A stretch of 59,970 nt of DNA, from positions 1 through 59,970 of the IMG/VR virus record IMGVR_UViG_3300030101_003657, one strand, 5' to 3'. Position numbers and translations under genes: made by a program. Below, piece by piece: positions 57,652 through 59,970 of this stretch. Each line of letters opens with the position of its first letter. Within the stretch, counting starts at the first letter, position 1. This DNA is from a virus. Its lineage: Duplodnaviria; Caudoviricetes. The notes under the pieces are model-generated. The model searched no databases. It was not told the origin of the DNA and saw nothing but the letters and a program-made list of their open reading frames with translations.

Positions 57652-57847
57652 TGTATACTTTTTTTCTTTTTTTAACTTTTGGTACGCGGCCTTGATTACC
57701 AATACCATCCATATCTATTACATCTATGTTAATAGTTGGGTAGTTTTCTTGTTTTTCTTTTTTACTATTGTAAAATATATTCCACACAAGAAAAATAATA
57801 TATAGTATGAATATAAAAAATCCTACTATAAACATTGTTAGTGTCAT
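57638..57847 (-). CDS. Small membrane protein with an N-terminal TM helix
   Basis: Hydrophobic N-terminus; DMDGIGNQGR motif. Confidence 0.6.
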   Translation of the reverse strand: MTLTMFIVGFFIFILYIIFLVWNIFYNSKKEKQENYPTINIDVIDMDGIGNQGRVPKVKKRKKVYNERL

Positions 57848-58083
57848 ATCGCTTTTAATTGTTTTAGTGCTATACTAAATAACAATATAGTGCCTGGCCA
57901 ATGGGCTGAGTAAACAGCTTCATCTGTGTAACCTGCAAGACCTAGCCCTACAGAGTATAATAAGCATATAAATGCTATTATAATATAGTAATATTTGTTA
58001 ATAAATTTCATTTTACTTGGTTTTTGTTCATAAGCTGCAGGCGAGGGTAAGCCTGAGTAATGACAGTATTCTTCTTCTTTCAT
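57844..58083 (-). CDS. Small membrane protein with YCHYSGLPSP N-terminal motif
   Basis: Two hydrophobic segments. Confidence 0.55.
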   Translation of the reverse strand: MKEEEYCHYSGLPSPAAYEQKPSKMKFINKYYYIIIAFICLLYSVGLGLAGYTDEAVYSAHWPGTILLFSIALKQLKAI

Positions 58084-58199
58084 TGGTTATTACTTAATAG
58101 TGAAAATAATAAAGATGCAAATAATAGAGCAGCGCCAAACAATATAATGTCTGGCACTTCTATTATATCACCGTTACTAGTTTCACCTAGTTTTATCAT
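58080..58199 (-). CDS. 39-aa single-TM peptide (MIKLGETSNGDIIEVPDIILFGAALLFASLLFSLLSNNQ)
   Basis: Hand-translated; ATGA overlap with the next gene. Confidence 0.5.
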   Translation of the reverse strand: MIKLGETSNGDIIEVPDIILFGAALLFASLLFSLLSNNQ

Positions 58200-58219
58200 A
58201 AAATCTTGTTGGTAGTAGT

Positions 58220-58393
58220 TCATGATATTATTCCTTCTTCTAATAAAGCTTTAGCTGTTCTACCAAACCAACCTTGTAGTTTGTATGCGTGACCGCTATC
58301 GTGTAGATATTGCCAAGCTTCTACTACTTCTAATTCGGTACCTTCGACAAAACCTTCTGCCAAGCCTACCATAGTGTATAAATCTTTATTCAT
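58220..58393 (-). CDS. Small protein with LQGWFGRTA motif (start revised to ATG 58393)
   Basis: ORF; AWQYLHDSG...LQGWFGRTAKALLEEG pattern. Confidence 0.6.
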   Translation of the reverse strand: MNKDLYTMVGLAEGFVEGTELEVVEAWQYLHDSGHAYKLQGWFGRTAKALLEEGIIS

Positions 58394-58487
58394 TGTTGTA
58401 GTTTTTATCTCTGCAGTCAGGACAAATATCACAGAAGTTGTATTCTTCTTCAGTCATGTTTTGACCGCAAAATTCACATTTATTCAT
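58386..58487 (-). CDS. 33-aa Zn-finger microprotein (MNKCEFCGQNMTEEEYNFCDICPDCRDKNYNNE)
   Basis: CxxC...CxxCxxC; overlaps both neighbours. Confidence 0.55.
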   Translation of the reverse strand: MNKCEFCGQNMTEEEYNFCDICPDCRDKNYNNE

Positions 58488-59325
58488 AATTTCTTAAGCA
58501 TTTGTAGTGTGGGTGTCTGTAAGAGCCTGCTTGAGTTCTTTGAAAGTAAGTAAAGGTAGCACGCTGACCTATGTAGTCATTAATGTTATCGAGCATACCT
58601 GCTAGATCCTTGTAGGAATAACCTTTGCCCGGTGGGCAGCCGAACTGTATACCTTCGTCATCCTGCATGATGAACTTACCAAGCGTGCCTTGCCTCTTAC
58701 CTTTACCTATTTCATAACCAACGATAACTGCTTCGTCATCGTTAAAATCTTTAAATTTCATTAGATCCCATGATCTAGTATTTTTATATATACCATTAAT
58801 AGATCTGTATATACTGCCTTCATAACCTGATCTTAGGTTGTAACTGTGTAGTGACATAGCTTCGTCAAGGTCTAGTGCAACTTTAGTGTCAATAATTACT
58901 AAATGAGGACTAGTTCTAACAATACTAGAGTCAGTTAGTCTTGTTATAAAACCCATACGCCAGTCATAAGTAGCGTGTGGAAAACTAGCTACATCGTATA
59001 TATGATATTGTACTAGTTGAGCTGCTTCTTCTCTGTGTTCTTGTGTTGGTTTTGTTTTTCTGACTAATGAAATAATCTTTTCAAAGTCATCTTTTAATCC
59101 GTGGTTGTATAATTCGCCATCTAGTATTAGATTTGGGTATTTATTAAACACTGATGTTAGATTTTTTTTAATGTGATCTACATTTTTAAACTCTTTACCT
59201 GTTCTGCTGTATGCACCATTTTTTGTAAATACACATCTTACGCCATCTAGTTTTGGCTGTATGTATGCAGGGTAATCAGCTTTGTCAGGATTATATTTAT
59301 GCGCTAGCATAGGTTTAATCGTCAT
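58480..59325 (-). CDS. ATP-dependent DNA ligase
   Basis: QPKLDGVRC, LDGELY, YEG and LMKFK motifs. Confidence 0.9.
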   Translation of the reverse strand: MTIKPMLAHKYNPDKADYPAYIQPKLDGVRCVFTKNGAYSRTGKEFKNVDHIKKNLTSVFNKYPNLILDGELYNHGLKDDFEKIISLVRKTKPTQEHREEAAQLVQYHIYDVASFPHATYDWRMGFITRLTDSSIVRTSPHLVIIDTKVALDLDEAMSLHSYNLRSGYEGSIYRSINGIYKNTRSWDLMKFKDFNDDEAVIVGYEIGKGKRQGTLGKFIMQDDEGIQFGCPPGKGYSYKDLAGMLDNINDYIGQRATFTYFQRTQAGSYRHPHYKCLRNYE

Positions 59326-59608
59326 TGTAATCTCCTTTTCTTAGTTTTGTTTTAATTGCGTTAAGCTTGCTAAGTACTATAGCAGCTTTCTCGTATTCTT
59401 CGTTGTTTTCGTATATCATGAGAATAGTTTGCATTCTAGCAAGTTCACCAATAAGCATTTCTTCTTCTGACATGACAAAAGCTTCTTTATTACCTTTGCC
59501 ATAAAGATCAGCTATAGAATTATGAAACTCTTCATCCCATTGCTGTTGTTTTATTTCTAGTTTAGATATTATTATATCAGCTAGTTCATTCATTTGTTTT
59601 TTCGTCAT
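59315..59608 (-). CDS. Hypothetical protein with a UVR-like C-terminal motif
   Basis: NEEYEKAAIVLSKL. Confidence 0.6.
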   Translation of the reverse strand: MTKKQMNELADIIISKLEIKQQQWDEEFHNSIADLYGKGNKEAFVMSEEEMLIGELARMQTILMIYENNEEYEKAAIVLSKLNAIKTKLRKGDYNDD

Positions 59609-59613
59609 AATAA

Positions 59614-59645
59614 TATTATCTATTAGTAATCGTATTTAGTTTGTA
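59614..59645 (-). promoter_or_regulatory. Putative early promoter, copy 4
   Basis: TACAAACTAAATACGAT-N6-TAGATAATA, 5 nt before ATG 59608. Confidence 0.75.
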
Positions 59646-59646
59646 A

Positions 59647-59862
59647 TTATACTGATTGTAACTTATCAAGTCTATCTAATTTTTGTTTGTTAGTTAGCTC
59701 GTTCCAGTAGCTAGGCGGTTGCCAATCAGGTATGCTAGCTCTCATTGTAGCGAAAGCTATTCTTTCTTTGTATTTGACCGCTGTGTCTGACAGCTCGTCA
59801 CCTGGTTTAGTTGATAGATCTCCTAACAACATAAACACTTTCATTGCTTCTATATTACTCAT
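59647..59862 (-). CDS. Early hypothetical protein (probable start ATG 59862, MSNIEA)
   Basis: ORF track; ends just before promoter copy 4. Confidence 0.6.
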   Translation of the reverse strand: MSNIEAMKVFMLLGDLSTKPGDELSDTAVKYKERIAFATMRASIPDWQPPSYWNELTNKQKLDRLDKLQSV

Positions 59863-59863
59863 A

Positions 59864-59956
59864 CCACGAAAAGCCCGTACCTTCACCTATGGGCTTATGC
59901 CGAAGGGAAAATACGAGCCGATCAAAGGATCACTGGTCGCCTTATATATTTCGTGG
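59864..59956 (-). ncRNA. Candidate structured RNA leader
   Basis: GC-richer than surroundings; nested stems CCACGAAA/UUUCGUGG, GCUCGUA/UACGGGC, CCUUCG/UGAAGG. Confidence 0.35.
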
Positions 59957-59970
59957 AAACTAAACTACTA

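Noticed and set aside
59880-59970. tRNA gene at the window end
   Set aside because: No cloverleaf, TTCG T-loop in context or acceptor stem; kept only as a candidate structured leader
1-59970. Alternative genetic code (stop reassignment as in some crAss-like phages)
   Set aside because: Long genes are intact under the standard code and coding density is high

Overview
An AT-rich, densely coding stretch that looks like most of the genome of a tailed, podovirus-like phage. The likely host is a marine Bacteroidota/Flavobacteria: there are no Shine-Dalgarno motifs and the leaders are A/T-rich. A + strand late arm (about 1.1-47.7 kb) carries small basic proteins, GroEL/GroES, lysis genes (M15 peptidase, holins), LamG fibre proteins, terminase, portal, scaffold, major capsid, duplicated ring/adaptor genes, nozzle proteins, ejection proteins and a 3092-aa giant protein. 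A - strand early/middle arm (47.7-60 kb, plus 1-0.8 kb) carries class II RNR, a T7 endonuclease I-like nuclease, MazG-like enzymes, a thymidylate-synthase-fold enzyme, primase-helicase, SSB, a RecE/ERF pair, a sigma factor, an HTH protein, DNA ligase and many small ORFs. No DNA polymerase, integrase, tRNA or CRISPR array was recognised. Highlights: (1) the giant protein looks like a self-processing polyprotein, with an HExxH protease, a sigma-region-2-like segment and a HAD phosphatase separated by a repeated xASK[DE][LM] motif; it could supply the factor that reads a fixed-spacing, non-host-like early promoter found four times; (2) the ThyA-fold enzyme has the dCMP-specifying Asp of T4 gp42, suggesting cytosine modification; (3) small basic proteins share G-x-S-hydrophobic repeats near a stand-alone HExxH protease; (4) a second promoter class, a duplicated GTGACA...TGTCA element, a 12-aa Cys-rich micropeptide and a structured RNA leader. 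All functional calls come from motif recognition by eye; no database searches were run.
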